This document shows, piece after piece, positions 63,955-64,000 of a stretch of DNA of 64,000 bases. The first letter of the stretch is position 1. Each line of letters starts with the position of its first letter. The translations under genes were made by a program, and so were the position numbers. Source of the DNA: Octopus vulgaris (lineage: Eukaryota); assembly GCA_951406725.2 (NCBI GenBank), contig OX597832.1, positions 44,702,001-44,766,000 on the forward strand. The letters run 5' to 3'. The notes beneath the pieces were generated by a model. That model saw only the letters and a list, made by a program, of their open reading frames with translations. It did not search any database and had not been told where the DNA came from.

Positions 63955-64000
63955 AGGACACACATATCAATAACCTATCACATTCACAGATCCTATCTAA

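Overview
AT-rich, repeat-dense eukaryotic DNA. The SINE, MITE and microsatellite repertoire matches, from memory and without a database search, an octopus (coleoid cephalopod) genome. I found no credible host protein-coding ORF: nearly all listed ORFs are read-through of SINEs or microsatellites. Repeats include four SINE-like families, TTAA-flanked piggyBac-type MITEs, hAT MITEs, a hAT transposase relic, two RTE-clade LINE fragments, two non-autonomous Helitrons and Penelope-like pieces. The most notable signals are: (1) a strong minus-strand recursive-splicing (ratchet) site, YAG|GTAAGT, with a 45-nt cryptic exon at 12920-12995, plus a weaker one at about 62.55 kb, suggesting the window lies in a giant intron; (2) a minimal type-I hammerhead ribozyme fold with a swapped G3-C8 core pair at 12-62(-), whose family recurs as a TSD-flanked palindrome at 61.3 kb; (3) SINE trimers with identical junctions, one under a single TSD; (4) several local inverted duplications that could form long dsRNA. 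Coordinates were read by eye; ends of old repeats are approximate.
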